Shown here: one piece after another, positions 1 through 45,100 of the stretch | Layout of the letters: every line of letters starts with the position of its first letter | Numbering within the stretch: position 1 is the first letter of the stretch | Source: Schmidtea polychroa | Taxonomy: Eukaryota | NCBI GenBank assembly: GCA_044892525.1 | Contig: CM097886.1 | Coordinates: 76,694,001 to 76,758,000, forward strand | Length of the DNA: 64,000 nt | Direction: 5' to 3' | Program-made: the position numbers and the translations under genes | The notes under the pieces: model-generated | Databases searched by the model: none | What the model saw: the letters and a program-made list of their open reading frames with translations, nothing else | What the model was told of the DNA's origin: nothing

Positions 1-460
1 GGCCTAAATTCAGTTTTTGCCCAAAAATTGTCTCATTGTACCATCTTTATTGACAGCAGTACTGTACTTTATAAATTAAAATATTATAAAAANNNNNNNN
101 NNNNNNNNNNNNNNNNNNNNNNNNNNNNNNNNNNNNNNNNNNNNNNNNNNNNNNNNNNNNNNNNNNNNNNNNNNNNNNNNNNNNNNNNNNNNNNNNNNNN
201 NNNNNNNNNNNNNNNNNNNNNNNNNNNNNNNNNNNNNNNNNNNNATGATTATTACAATGATTACAATGATCGAAATATTATAAAATATGCTTATCTTAGT
301 AAGTTTGCATTATCAAATGAAGCGAGAAAATGAGTGAAGTACAAATGAGATACTGCTAAATTTAACAATGCCATCCATGAATATTATTAGTAACACCGAA
401 ATTCTTTAGACATCTTTCTTATAAAAAGAATACTCAAATCAAATTAGCAGTTATATCACA

Positions 461-892
461 ATGAATGCGAATATTCATACAATGGACATTTATATATTTC
501 ATATGATATTGTTGTATATGATTGTGAGCCCGCTTGTTGCACAAGAAAATGGAGAATATTTGCCATCAAGGTCATGGCCAGAAGTCATAAGATATATCAA
601 CGAGATCCTGACAAACCATACATCAAAACCAATCTTCCCTGAATATATTCGGATGTTCGACAAAGATCAAACTATTGAACTGACTGTAAAAAACTCTAAT
701 ACTTGTGTTGAATCATATTATTTGAAAATTAATCGGTTAATGGACCCCCCTGCTTACATTATTGCCCAAGGATGCGATCCACAATGTTCAAAAGTTTATA
801 AAGCTATTGAATTCATGACTTTTCAGAAAATTCTTGGATCTGTACTAATTATGGAAAGAATACTAAAGGAATTTGTTATCGATTGTGAATAA
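461..892 (+). CDS. Small intronless ORF, predicted secreted protein of unknown family (143 aa from ATG 461; 136 aa from ATG 482)
   Basis: Stop-free 143 codons in very AT-rich DNA with protein-like composition. Hydrophobic N-terminal stretch (MDIYIFHMILLYMIVSPLVA|QENG) resembles a signal peptide; 4 Cys and one NHT sequon. An AG at 449-450 just upstream may be a 5'-UTR splice acceptor. No family recognised. Confidence 0.6.
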   Translation: MNANIHTMDIYIFHMILLYMIVSPLVAQENGEYLPSRSWPEVIRYINEILTNHTSKPIFPEYIRMFDKDQTIELTVKNSNTCVESYYLKINRLMDPPAYIIAQGCDPQCSKVYKAIEFMTFQKILGSVLIMERILKEFVIDCE

Positions 893-1199
893 ATTATTTT
901 TAACTTTTCTCCATTATCTTCATTTGCTTTTCATATTATAAATCAATAGCAATAGTGCCCTTTTGGGGGGGGGATTTTTAAAAAGAATTAATACTGTTAA
1001 ATTTAATTAAAAAGGTTATTAATCTTATTTCAGCTTGCTACGTTTCGGATCTTGAACATACATGTTGCAATGTAGTTTTTGACATATTTAGCTAGATGTG
1101 TCAAACGTACGTTTTTAGAAGTATTTTCTTTCAAATCAAGTCATAAGCGCTGGATAGTATTCGTGTAGAACATGACATCGTGCAAGTTTCTTAACTTAT

Positions 1200-1680
1200 G
1201 CTCATAAACAACAAGATCATCAAAAAATGGAGGACCTTGTCGACATGTTGTTCGAGAATAAAGAATTCACCAAAGAGAAGTTAATAGCAAAGATATTGAT
1301 AGTATATGCTGAGAATAAAGTAGTTGAGAAAGAAGTAATATTGCGGAAGATAAAAAGCTCAAAGGAGATAAAGGAAACAATAATTCTGATGAATTAAGTG
1401 GTTAAACAGAGAGATCAGATAAACTCTATAATGTTATACAAAGTCGAGTTACAAGAAAGCGATAGAGAAACAAGGACGGACAGGAAACAGACACAGTCGG
1501 ATTAATGTAATCGAGGAAGAAGAGAAAAGGGAAACGTACGTAGAGACAAATGAAGATAATTTTAGTAGGCCGTACCTCAAAAACATGGCTCTACCAGTAG
1601 AGGAGTTGGTTGGAGCTATATACTAATAGAAAAGTGGATGGAATATCCTCTAGGGGTAAATAAGTGGGAGAATGTAGGCT
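1200..1680 (+). mobile_element. Probable decayed LTR-retrotransposon gag-like remnant
   Basis: Purine-rich, Glu/Lys-rich broken frames (MEDLVDMLFENKEFTKEKLIAKILIVYAENKVVEKEVIL...). No diagnostic motif, so the call rests on composition only. Confidence 0.25.
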
Positions 1681-2355
1681 ATTCTTTCTAATTTTTCTTC
1701 CTATCTCTTGCCATCGTCATTTAATTCAAGCTTGCTTGCTGCTGTTGTGTATATATGTTGTGTTTGAGTTAATTTCATGTGATACTTCTTGATTCTGTCT
1801 CATTTTTATTTATTTTTGGTAGTTTATTATTTGATGTTATGTATATTCTGTTTAAGTGTTTAATTGGTTTTCGGATTGGTTTAAGTTTGACTCTACTTAG
1901 TATTATGTATGCTTGCAGTGTTCTAACGACCCTCAGTCACTATTCAATCACTTAAACTTAATACTAATTCTAGTCCAACACTATTTCGAATTGATAAGTT
2001 AATAAATGCTATACAGCAGACCCTCAAATGCAGCGAGATACTCGGCCCAGGTGACCAGACAGGCAGATTGATCAGAAGCGCTAATGAGGCGGTTGCAATT
2101 ATTTAACACAAAATATTGATTTTAAATGCCAAAGCCAAAATATTGAATGCAAGAATCATCTACAATCAAAATCTTCTCCATATGCACCAATCATGATATT
2201 GTAAATCAATAAGTGATTGGATCAAGAAATGGATTTCCCTGAAAACAAAATAAAATTAACAAAATATCCGTTGAATGCGTAAAAACGTAAACAAGCAAAA
2301 ATATAACCAATAAAAAAACAAGAATATTTTGAACGATTTATTAAAATAAATGGTG

Positions 2356-33282
<30,927 letters not shown>

Positions 33283-33980
33283 GATTTTTGGTGTTTGATC
33301 AGTATTAGACTAAATTAAAATATATTAGTTATAAACAAAAATATTTATTAATATTCAACATATATATCTAGTATAAGTAACCAACCATTTATATTAAATG
33401 ACAATATAAAAAATAAAACTCATTAAAATTGAATATTCTATCAGCTTAGAATTACAAAATATAATTATTTAATATTTTAAAACAAACTAAATTAAGTCAA
33501 ATTTGCGATAATTTATAAAAATACAATTAAATTAGCTAAAGAAAAATTACTTTAACCAATAATTGGGGAAAATGGATGAACGAAAGCCTTGAAAATTTTT
33601 AATTTCAATTTTTACAAAAACTGAAAACACTTCGAAAATTTTCCTAAATGAATTTATTTTTTATGAAATTAATAATTATTTAAATTTGAAATTTAAGGTT
33701 ATGATTTAAAGTTACGTCTAAATCGGACTTCAAGACACAGAAACTTTCACATGAAGTTGGCACCTAGAAAATTTTTCAGGATTTATGGTCTAACATATTT
33801 CGAATGACGGAACATAATGCAAAGTTTTGTACATCAGGTGTTCAATCACTATTATTATGTAAACATCATACATTAAGTGTCATTATGAAACCAATCACGC
33901 ATGGCTTCTTGAAAAAAAAGAGGCTGCACAGAAAGAATACATGTCAAGAGGAATGAATACTTTAAATCAGATAGCTTTAA

Positions 33981-34211
33981 CCCTTAAATGTATGATTTTT
34001 TGTATAACATTAAAAAATGTTATTATTGAACAATCATTATTGATAAAAAACATGGACAAAAACATAGATTTTATTTTTATTTTCGCTTGAATCCACAGAC
34101 AAACTGTTTATCTTATTGGCAGACTAAAAAATATATCGCTGTCATTAATCACAAATAATTACATTTAAATATTTGGTATGATGGAAATTTCCAACACAGT
34201 GCATTTAAGGG
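33981..34211. mobile_element. piggyBac-type MITE (231 bp), about 0.7 kb upstream of the SPCA ATG
   Basis: TTAA|CCCTTAAATG ... CATTTAAGGG|TTAA. Confidence 0.75.
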
Positions 34212-34229
34212 TTAATCGATTTCCAATTT

Positions 34230-37100
34230 CTGGATTTGGCCTGCTGAAATGATTTGATTCTTCTATGGTTAATTTGTTGATTCTAATTTTTAAAGTTGTT
34301 GCTTTCTGTTTCCTTTCCTTTGTGTTTGAGTTGAATTGAGTTTTGAAGGTTTAGTTTTTGGCATCATGATTTGTATATTTCTTGATTATTGGCTTTACAT
34401 AAGTGATTGTTACCTTAGGTTGTTGATTTTTTGTTTTGTTTTTGTTTTTTGTGTGTTTGATTTTTGATTTTTGATCAGGTATTTACACCCTTGGCTTCAA
34501 CTGAGGTAAGACTTAACGCTACCGAATTTTATTTCACACTTTTTTGCATGTGCTCAATGTTTCAACCTGAGCACCCTATCATCGGTTGAACCATCTCAGG
34601 TAAGTGTTGTTGATTCAGCACCAACCTTTTTAACGTAAACAAAATTTCTGATTGCTAAAGTTCAAATTTGGAGATCAAAATATAAATTTCTTGGTTTTTG
34701 GGGCTCTCTTTTCTTTTATCCTTTAATAGAAAATATCTTGCCCTTTTTACTGTTTCTCCTATAACTTTTCCTTCTTCAGTAATGTCTTTATCGGGCATCT
34801 TCCGTTGATTTTATGAATTTTTATTCACCCTATTTTATCTTACTTTCTCTTTAACATGTTGGTACTGCTAGCTCGTCTTTAATTTAATTCACATTTTATT
34901 CATCGGCTATTATCATTATTATTTTATCTTATCTGGAATATTTGCATTTCAATTTTTATTTATTAATTTTCTTTGTTTTAATTAGCATTTTTTGTAATTT
35001 TCGGTTTTTGTATTTTAATTTTTGATTTTTTGTCCAATTTAAAATTTCTGTTTCTTATTCAAATTTCTATCATGTTTTTCTTTTCTCTTTTAGTTTATTT
35101 TATATATTTTTATTTATTTCTCGTACTTTTCCATTCTCATTCCTCTTCAGTTTGAATTTTTCGCTTTATCTCTAGTTGCTTTGTAGTTCCAACCAAACAA
35201 ATTTTTATTTTCCTAGTTTTGGCCCAATACCATGTTTGTTTAAAGATTTCACACACAATTTTAATAAGAGATCATCGTATAAAAACACAAGTCAGTCGAA
35301 ATACTGTTAAAGAAAGAATCTTTAATTTAAGCGGTAATAACGAAATCGAGAAATAAAGTACATTTCACTCATATTTTCATTGATGAAAAAACGGATGTTG
35401 CATTAGCTGCCAGGTCAGATATAATTGCTCATCATTGTAGAGATGAAAAAACAAGAAGGAAACCAGAAATTTAAACTTGATAACAGTTTGAACTTTCCAA
35501 AAAAGACAATTTTTGTTATTATTGGATATAATTGAATCAGTTTATGCTGGCTTGCATATGTATAATAATGTTAGTTTGCTAAGATTGCAGTTAGCAGAAG
35601 TTAGGAATATGGATACTTCATTATCTTACTTAACAGAATAAGGCAGATCGCTTGTCAAATGCTACAAATCTGATTTGACGGAGAAAATTCGAGTCTTTTT
35701 AAACAGGATTTTAAGAAATGATAAAAAATGGGTCACCTAGGGCAATGTTGGGCTAGAGCCGAAAAATTGAGAGTTTGTTTAAATGTGTTGGACATATATA
35801 GTATGGAAACAGCACCAAGTCAAATAAAAATTTATGATTACACATCAAATAATACAAAGTAAAACACACAACACGTTGAGTATAAATAAACAATGATACG
35901 GCTCTTATTTACATACTAAGGCGCTATGACAAAAGGTGTAGAAATTAGAAGAGAAAATAAGAAAAAAATATTAAAATAAAGATTATATAAGTATTTGCAT
36001 GAAGATTAAAAGAAATAGCGAAATAAGAAATAAAATTACTAAATAATTTGATTGTTTTAAACAATCAATAAAATTACAGATAACAACTAATGCGCAAAGT
36101 GACAAATCACGAGTGTGTATGTGTACTCTTAGTAAAATAATTTTAGATAAAATAAATATAATTTAAAATAAACTAAATCATGCAACACTTGAGTAAATGT
36201 AGAACTAAGCACACGCTGATTTTAGAGTGGTAGAGATTGAGTAGACGGACATCAGAAATTGGTATAAATACTGACAAAAATTAAATTATTTCAATTGACT
36301 CCAACTGTACTAACTTAGCTTTATGTTTATGCCCGTTAGACAGTTATTTTTTGGATATATTGTAGATAGTTTGTGATTGTTAACTGCCAATTACTTAGCT
36401 GACTCCGAGCGTATTATTGAAAAACGACAATGACAAATCACAACGACGTAAAACTTTATTGATTATCATAATTGATTACAACGAATTCAACGATACAAAT
36501 TTCCACACACCTCAAATGTTTCAAATGCTTATTCCAACCCCCGGGAAGAATAGCACAACAATAATAATCCTCTAAGAACACGACCTCTAAACTACTGCCG
36601 GTAATGAGCAATTGGCAAAATTGACCTGGTTGCTACCTACCTCTGATTCACTAATTCAAACGCAAGTTCCTTCAAAATGTTTCCTAATTCTCAACACTTT
36701 ATTTTACTCTCTTGGTAAATTCAAATTTCTTACAAATTTCTTTCTAATAAATTTTCTCTTTTTTTGTCGCCAGCTTTTCTCGTAGTAATTTTCTCTCGTC
36801 TCAATTTTTTTCGTTCTGTTAATTTGTGTTCGGTTTTAATACTTGTCCACTTGATAACACTTATTGATAATTCATTTTTTCCACCTGTTCCACTGTCTGA
36901 TAGCCGTTGAGATATATGCATTTTTTACAATTCAGTTTCTCGGCTTTCCCATGCCTTTTCCCCCAATCTCAATTTCCTTTGTTCCCTATTCATTTTTTAA
37001 CATCTCTTTCAATCTAGTTTTACTGGGTTTCAGATGACTGCCCCATCCTTTCATCATAATTTCACCTCAATCATTTTACGCCTTTAATGATTAATTTTAT
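34230..37100. mobile_element. Patchwork of decayed retroelement and mariner remnants in the intergenic region
   Basis: Mariner-like FLNRIL..DKKWVT remnant near 35690-35740 (+). Pyrimidine-rich gag-like antisense tracts at 34230-35260 and 36500-37100. Possible solo LTR TGTTGGA(35786)...TCCAAC(36305) containing a TATAAATA. Individual boundaries are not resolved. Confidence 0.35.
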
Positions 37101-39189
37101 TTTGTAATTTAAGTATCCTCAACATATTTATATTTATGTGTTTTTTCTATGTGAATAGATTCTTCATTTTATTTTTTTTCTCTTCAACTGTTTTTGTAAA
37201 TTCTATTTTTTTTAAGAAAGCTCATAAATTGTCAGACTAGATGACTGACTAGAAGCGGTATGATGGTTAAACCTCTAATCGGCGAGTCAATTTGTCTCAT
37301 AATCATTACCCAGACAACCCAGAGGAAAATTGATATAAAAATGTACCAACATGCCAGGTACCGTTCGTATAGTGAAGGACTACCTAACCTTTTACTATAT
37401 CCTGACATAGCAGGTTGATCAACCAATAGTATCCTCAAAGGAGATCAGAAAAGGACGTGGTTGAGAAGCTTGGAAAGCAAGCATAAACGAGATTGACACT
37501 CCATTTCATGACGACAAACCGGCTGACTAAAAATCGGTCGTTATTTGTGGTAGATGCAGGAGGTAATTACCAGGTGACATGCATCCGCTGTTGCCCTACA
37601 AAAGTTACCGTATTGCGGTCGGACGTTTGAATGACGGCTAGATAGTTTAATACCATTGCGCCGAAATTTGAATATTAGTTAGAAGAAAATCCTGTCTCGA
37701 GGGGTAAGATTTCAGATTCCGAATTGACTGAAACAAGACAGATCACCATTAACGCGCTAATGATAGTACTCCTGCAATTTTTCTACAAACTTGCTGACAA
37801 CGAAAAACCTACTAATACATTAATAACCATTGTAGAGGTTTTAGGAATAACTTTTCGAAATGAAAAATAATGGCAAATCCCTGCTAAACCTTTTTGAAGA
37901 TAGCATTGAACTAATTTTCAAGTACTTTAAAAATGGTAAGATAAAATTTATTTTAAAAATAACTATCCAAAATAACAATACATTCCCCTGAGAATTTTTG
38001 CCTTTTCCTAAAAAACTGAGGATTTTAAGAAGGTCACATTGACGGCTCGTATTCAAAAATTTTGTAAAAGCAATAAAAAAAATTCAAAAAAAATTTTTAT
38101 TTATAAAAACTTCTTGTTTTTCTACAAAATTCCATAATTGCTAAATCATAAAAAGTGTCTTTAGTAGTCAAAAGTTCTTTTTAAAAGATATTAAAAATTT
38201 AAAATATAGAATTTCTCAAAATTAAATTTCAAACAACGCAACGAGCCGTCACTAGTATTTTTATGTAGGTCAATTCAAATTTTAATAAAAATTCTTTAAA
38301 AATAAATATAAATTTGGATTGACTTACAAAACAATCCTCAGTTTTTAGGAAAAAAGCAAAGATCCTAATAGGGGGTTTGGCACAAATTTCAATTTTCATA
38401 TGGGTAACTTGACGTAATAAAAAATTCCAATGGACGTTTCGAAATACAAATAATCTCCAGCAAATATCGTAATCGGATACACTTGTTTTGAGACAGGTGC
38501 AGTAATAATAACAATAATAATAATAGATAAATAATAATAATAAATAACAAAAGCAAATAATAAAATTAAATAATAAAAATAAATATAATAAATAAAAGTA
38601 AATATCGAATATAAATAATAACAATAACAAATAATAATAGAAAATATGAATTAAAATTTCTATGAAATTACAATAAATCAATTCTAGTTAATTTGTTCTG
38701 AATCGGCGATTTATTAACACAAACCCNNNNNNNNNNNNNNNNNNNNNNNNNNNNNNNNNNNNNNNNNNNNNNNNNNNNNNNNNNNNNNNNNNNNNNNNNN
38801 NNNNNNNNNNNNNNNNNNNNNNNNNNNNNNNNNNNNNNNNNNNNNNNNNNNNNNNNNNNNNNNNNNNNNNNNNNNNNNNNNNNNNNNNNNNNNNNNNNNN
38901 NNNNNNNNNNNNNNNNNNNNNNNNNNNNNNNNNNNNNNNNNNNNNNNNNNNNNNNNNNNTCTGTATATTTCCATCAAAGATAATTCCCAAGTCAATTTGA
39001 AAGATAATTAGAACACACATATAAGAAATTGACAAATTTGAGATTTTCTATGATAATAATTTATAAGATAAGGAAAGAAATTGATCACACCAATCAAATT
39101 GTGTTTATCTGTTGACTGACGGCGACTTATCAGATTGGTTTTAATTAGCATTTGGACTCAACAGTTGTAAGATTGAATTTCACTGGTTA

Positions 39190-42100
39190 TTATTGAATGT
39201 CTATTTGTGATTGTTTGATGTATTCTAATTGAAGATGAAGATTGACTCGCTGTTCTCGCAACTCCTCCAACTCACTAGTCATTTCGTTGTTTAACCTCAA
39301 CAGTACATGATTTTTAGATTTCAAGTCTCTCATAGAAATTTGAAGTTGCTTACGAGGTTCTTGATTGATTGAAAATCTTAATAAGAATAATTTACGAATT
39401 GAATCGAAGATATTAAAAATAATATTTAAATCATTTTCTAATTTATTTGGTTGAATATTGGATAATATTGCAACAATGTGCCCTCTTACCAGTGAGTCTT
39501 TATTTATCCTATTTCAACCATCTTACTGAGTACCCAAATATCTTACAAACAGCCAATAAATGTTTTTGGAAAATAAAACGTAAAGTGACATTTTTTTTGA
39601 ATAAGTTCCATTTTTAAAGAAAAAATTATAAATGACTACTTTTATACGTGTAAATATATTTGGCTTTTTATCAATAAAAACAAAAAATGCTCTTTCCGCT
39701 ATCGAGGATGATTCAAAATATCTCATAAGGTTTTCAAAGAAATTGTATCGCGTGGTTCAGCATTATTTCAAAATTCCAATTCTGAATTTGATGTAAGTGG
39801 TGGACGATCTATGAATGCTGCATGGTTTAAGCGATTTTTAGCTAATGGAACTGAAGTAAATCGAACTTGGCTTGTCTATATTCCTCATAAAAAAGCAGCT
39901 TTGTGTTTTTGCTGTGTATTATTTCATAACTCCAATTGCAAATCGTCATTTTCATCACCAAATGGTTTTAACAGCTGGAGACACACTGAGAGAGTTCAAG
40001 ATCATGAAAATAGTGCAGTACATCGTAAGTTATTTTCAATTTGGAAGGAAACTGAACGAAGCTTAAATGAATGTGTTGGAATTGATGTGAATTTAGAGTA
40101 ACAAATTCAGTCAGAACGAAATCGACGGAGAGATATATTAAAACGCTTTTTATCGTGCATTAAATATCTGGCATTTCAAAATTTAGGATTACGAGGGCAT
40201 ATTGAAACATTAAGTAATGCAAACATGCATAATAAAGGAAATTTTTTGAGCCTGGTTGAATTATTATCTCAATATGATTCAGTTTTATCATCGCATTTAG
40301 AGAATTGTCGCAAGAATCTTGGATCTCCATCTTATTTATCTCGAATTTATTTCATTACTTGCAACGACAGTGAAGAATGATTTGCTCAACAATATTAGAA
40401 AAAATAAATATGATTCCACTCCTGATTTACAACATCGTGAACAACTAGCAAAAGTAATTCGCTATGTCGACATTGATTTTGAAAATAAAAATGTTGAAAT
40501 TAAGGAAACATTTCTTGGATTTATAGAACTAAAAGCAAGATGCTGAAACACTTGAAATGACAATTATTAATTCATTAAAATTGGATAATTTAGATATCTC
40601 AAATTGTAGTTTTCAATGCTACGATAACGCATCAGTTATGAAAGGGCGTATTTCTTGTCTTCAAAAGAGAATTTGTAATTTGAATTATCGCGCTTTATTT
40701 ATAAATTACGGAAATTAATCTGGCTGGACTACATTCAGCTGCAACTGACCCAATTGTAATGACATTTTATGGCTCTATTGAGAAAATTTTTGCTTTTTTT
40801 CACGTTTTACTTTACGATGGCAAAAATTAAAAGATGCTGTACAATTAACTTTGAAATGTGAAACAACCCCAAAGATGGAGTGCAAGATCTGAAGCTGTAA
40901 AAGTAATTTTTTGCAACTCAATGAAATCATTGATCTTCTTGAAGACTCCAATCAAACAACAGAAACAAGAAGCGAAGCGCAAATCATTTTACAAAAATTT
41001 TTAAAATTTTAATTTTCTTGGTTTGATTCATTTTTGGCATAATGTTTTGAACAAAATTGATCGAGTTCAAAAAAGATTACAAGATCCAAAAATGAATTTT
41101 TTTGACGCAGCACTTGATTTAGATGGACTTAAAGAAACTTTAATTGAAACGCGTGAAAATTTATGTGCAGGTGCTATAGAATTTGCTCAAGAAAAATGTA
41201 CAGAATGGTACATTCAAATTATGAGAAGAATTCGTCGAGTAAAAAAAGGATAGGAGAAAAAGCTTCTGATAGTGGTCTAACGGCAATTCAAGAGCTCGAT
41301 CGTGTGTTAAAAAGCATCATTGACAAATTAATACAAGAAATGAACAGTCGATTTGAAGCTCTTAACAATTTAAATTCAAAATTTGGATTTTTATTAGATG
41401 TTAAAAATCTTTGACGTAATGAGAGTGTTGAGGGCTTAAAAGAAAGTTGCACATATTTTAGTAACTTCTATAATACTGTTAGTGGTGAAGAGTTTTTTAA
41501 TGACATTATAGATTGCAGAATGCTTTTGATGAGCCGAAAAGATGCACAACCAACAAATTCATTGGATCTTCTAAAATTTATTGTGTCATATAGAGATGAT
41601 ATTTTCCCCAGTTTGAGAAAGTTGCTTCAAATTCTACTTACAATTGGAATCTCGATTGCCAGTTGTGAACGTTCATTCAGTAAGCTTAAATTAATTTTAT
41701 CTTATTTATGAGCATTAATGGGAAAAGATAGGCTGAGTGATCTCGCATTATTAAGTATAGAACGTAAGGCAACGGAAAAAATTAATTTTGATGAAGTAAT
41801 TGATAAATTTGCATCAGTAAAATCAAGGAAAATTAACTTGTAATATAAATAATATGAAATATAATAAAATTTAAAAGAAATTTTTCTTTAATGTATATTT
41901 CTCGATATTTTATTTAATTTTATATGAAGTTATCTTTCTGCTATCTTCAGTAATCACAACCAACTATTAGTATTTTCTTTATTTAAAAAATCTAATTAAT
42001 TGAGGTTGGGATCGAAAAATTTTGACTCACCCCGAGCGCCACAGACCCTAGTTACGCCACTGTGCTAATGTCAAAATAACCGTAATATAATGAATGGAAA

Positions 42101-45100
42101 ACTAGTATAAGAACTTGCTCTATTCCATAAGTCATTGGTCCATAACATTATTAAAAATAACATTGAAAATAAGTCCAAGAAAAAACGAAAGCGGTGTAGA
42201 AATGTGTCGGCAAACATAATCTAATTTTTAAGAAAATGAAGTTAAAATAAATGATTGACGATTCTTAATGGAGCGATTTGTTTTGTCAACCTGCTAAATA
42301 GTAGATTTCTGTTCTAACGCAAATGCTGACTTCTTAAAGGTAAAAATTGTGTTAAGCTACTTGAAATTGAGCAATAACAGGTGTGTTATGCATTTAGACT
42401 AGAAGATGGGAACCAGCGGCTTTCATAAATATTAAAAAAAAATAAAATTTGGATGTTTTCTTGATGTATTTACAATTTAAATGCACACTATTTTAATGTA
42501 TTTGCACACTATAAATGCTAACTATAAATAATAAATGCTAACTATAAATAATAAATGCAAACTATAATAAATAAAAGCTAATAAATTATTTTCTAACTAT
42601 GTTTGTTTTATTCATAATAAATACTTCTTTGTCGTTATAGCAATGGTGGAATTTAAAAAAAATTCAGAGTTTGACTTTGTTCCAGAATACTGTTCTTCAG
42701 GAAATGAAGATGAAGAACACGTTTTAAAACTTGAAACTCGAAGGAAAAAAATTTGCAAAGACTGGAAAAGAGCAAATGCATTTGCAAGTTCAAATGAAGC
42801 TGAGGATTTTGTAAAAAACGAAAGTGTGGTCTTGTTTTCGGACAAATAAAACTGAAGAGGGGAAAAAGAGGTTTTTCCGCTGTAATCGTGTTAAATTTCG
42901 TGGGGAACAATGTTCAGCCTCAGTTTACTTGTGGTACGAGTCCAGCACTAGTGATGTTGTTCTATACAGATCAGGACATGCACATGATTGTGACAACATC
43001 AAAACAAGAACAACAATGACAGATACCGTCAAAGCTGAAATTGACAAATTGTTTGCTTTAAAATTGAAACCAAAAGCAATGTTAGAACATTTGTCTAACG
43101 AAAAATTACCCCTTCCGAGTCAAACACAACTGAATAATCATCTGGCATCCTTGAGAAAGTCCAAATATGGTGCCATCATCATTAGCCTTGGAGAATTAAA
43201 TCAGTGGTTGCAAATTCATTCAGCTGTTCCAGAAGCAGATAACAAAGCATTTGTTGTTGCATATGAAATTAAATATGAGGACACTGGATATTTCCGGTAC
43301 TTCATTTCATCCAAAACAATGTTGAAAATGGCTTTAAACGCTGACAACATTCATGCAGATGCTACATACAAACTTGTATGGCAAGGCTTCCCTGTTCTTG
43401 TTATTGGTACAACAGATCGCAATCGCCAGTTTCATTGTTTTGGTATTGGAGTATGCACCGATGAAAAAACTGAGGACTTCAAATTTTTGTTTACTGCATT
43501 GAAGAATGAAGTTCCTAAAATCTTCAATGCTCCCTTCAATCCAAGCACATTAATTTCTGATGCATCAAAAAGCATCCAAAACTCTTTCATAGCAGTGTTT
43601 GGCAAAGACGTATTGGTGATTATGTGCTGGGCTCATTTGAAAAAAAATGTTCAGAAAGAACTGGATTCTTTGATTCCAAAAGATGCAAGACAGGAAATTT
43701 TGTCTGACATTGATTCTTTGCAACTCAGTCAATCCAGAGAAGTTTTTGAAAAAGCATCAATTTTATTCTTGAAAAAGTGGAAGGCAAACAAGGAGTTTGT
43801 CGAATACTTCACAGCTGAATGGCTGAAATCAAATAAAAATTGGTTTGAAGGTGCCAAAAAACTAACACCTAGCACAAACAATGCCCTTGATGCATACAAC
43901 CGAGTCATGAAAGATGAAGATTCTATGAGAGAGCGAGTCTCACTATCAAGATTTACTGTTGGATTGGTTGATTGGATTGAAAGGTGGTCCAACAATTACG
44001 AATCTGGAATTAAAGTCATCAAAACCGAACCAGAGATTGACTTGGAACTTTGGACTAGCTCATACCAGTGGGCAAAGTTGAAGAAAACCATTTCTCCAGA
44101 ATCAACAGAGAGTGGTGTTGTTTACAAAATTGCTGCAAAAGATTTGACAGAAACCTACGATGGAATTGACAACTGGGAAACGTTTGATGAGTTTAAAATT
44201 AATGCATTTCTTTCATGGACTACTATTTTACCAAAAGATCAAAATGACTGGATTAACGGAGACTGTAACTGCCCCTCATTTTTTAAAAAAATGCTTTGCA
44301 AACACATTGTTGGATTAGCTATTCGACTAAAGCCTGTAGCCCCTCCAACCGAAGCGAAAAATGTTCCAATTGGAACCAAAAGAAAGAGAGGTCGCCCTGC
44401 AAAAGCAATGCTGTTGCAGTAGAACTAAAAATTTATTATATCTAGTGCAAATAAAATGCAGCTATCATACAAAACATTTTGTTAAACCATTTTTTAAATG
44501 TCTATAAATTGTTGTATTTAAGCATTCACAATAAATTGTAATCTCTATGCTTTTTTATTCATTGAAATATATCTGAAATTTTTATTTTATAATGTATAAA
44601 TATTTTTGAAAATAGTGTGCAAATATTTATTTTTTAGTTTGCAGAACATAGTTAGCAAATATCGATTTTATAGTGTGCAAAAATCATTTTTTTAGTTTGC
44701 AAAATATAATTAGCAAATAAGTATTTAATAGTGTGCAAAAATCATTTTTTTAGTTTTCAAAAAATAGTTAGCAAAAATCAATTTTATAGTGTGCAAAAAT
44801 TATTTTTTAGTTTGCAAAAATAGTTAGCAAATGGTAATTTTTTAGTGTGCAAAATGGGATTATTTAGTTTGCATTTAATTAGGAGCCTAATTATTTCAAT
44901 GACATTTTAATTTTTCCAAAAAAATTAATTTTTATCTTCTGTTATTTTATTCTCTAAAAAAGTACTGTTCAATAAGTGCTAAATCGAAACATTGTTCATA
45001 AAAATACAGAATAAATCAAAATCAAAAGAAACTCTGAAAATATTAAAAAGATCTTCAAGACATCGTTAAGGAAGGAAGCATATAAACAATTGACCGAAAT

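Noticed and set aside
2010-2100. GC-rich island downstream of SPCA as a possible small RNA gene (also 23790-23870 and 37230-37830)
   Set aside because: No tRNA cloverleaf, Sm site, snoRNA boxes or spliced-leader sequence recognised by eye. An Infernal/Rfam scan would settle it.
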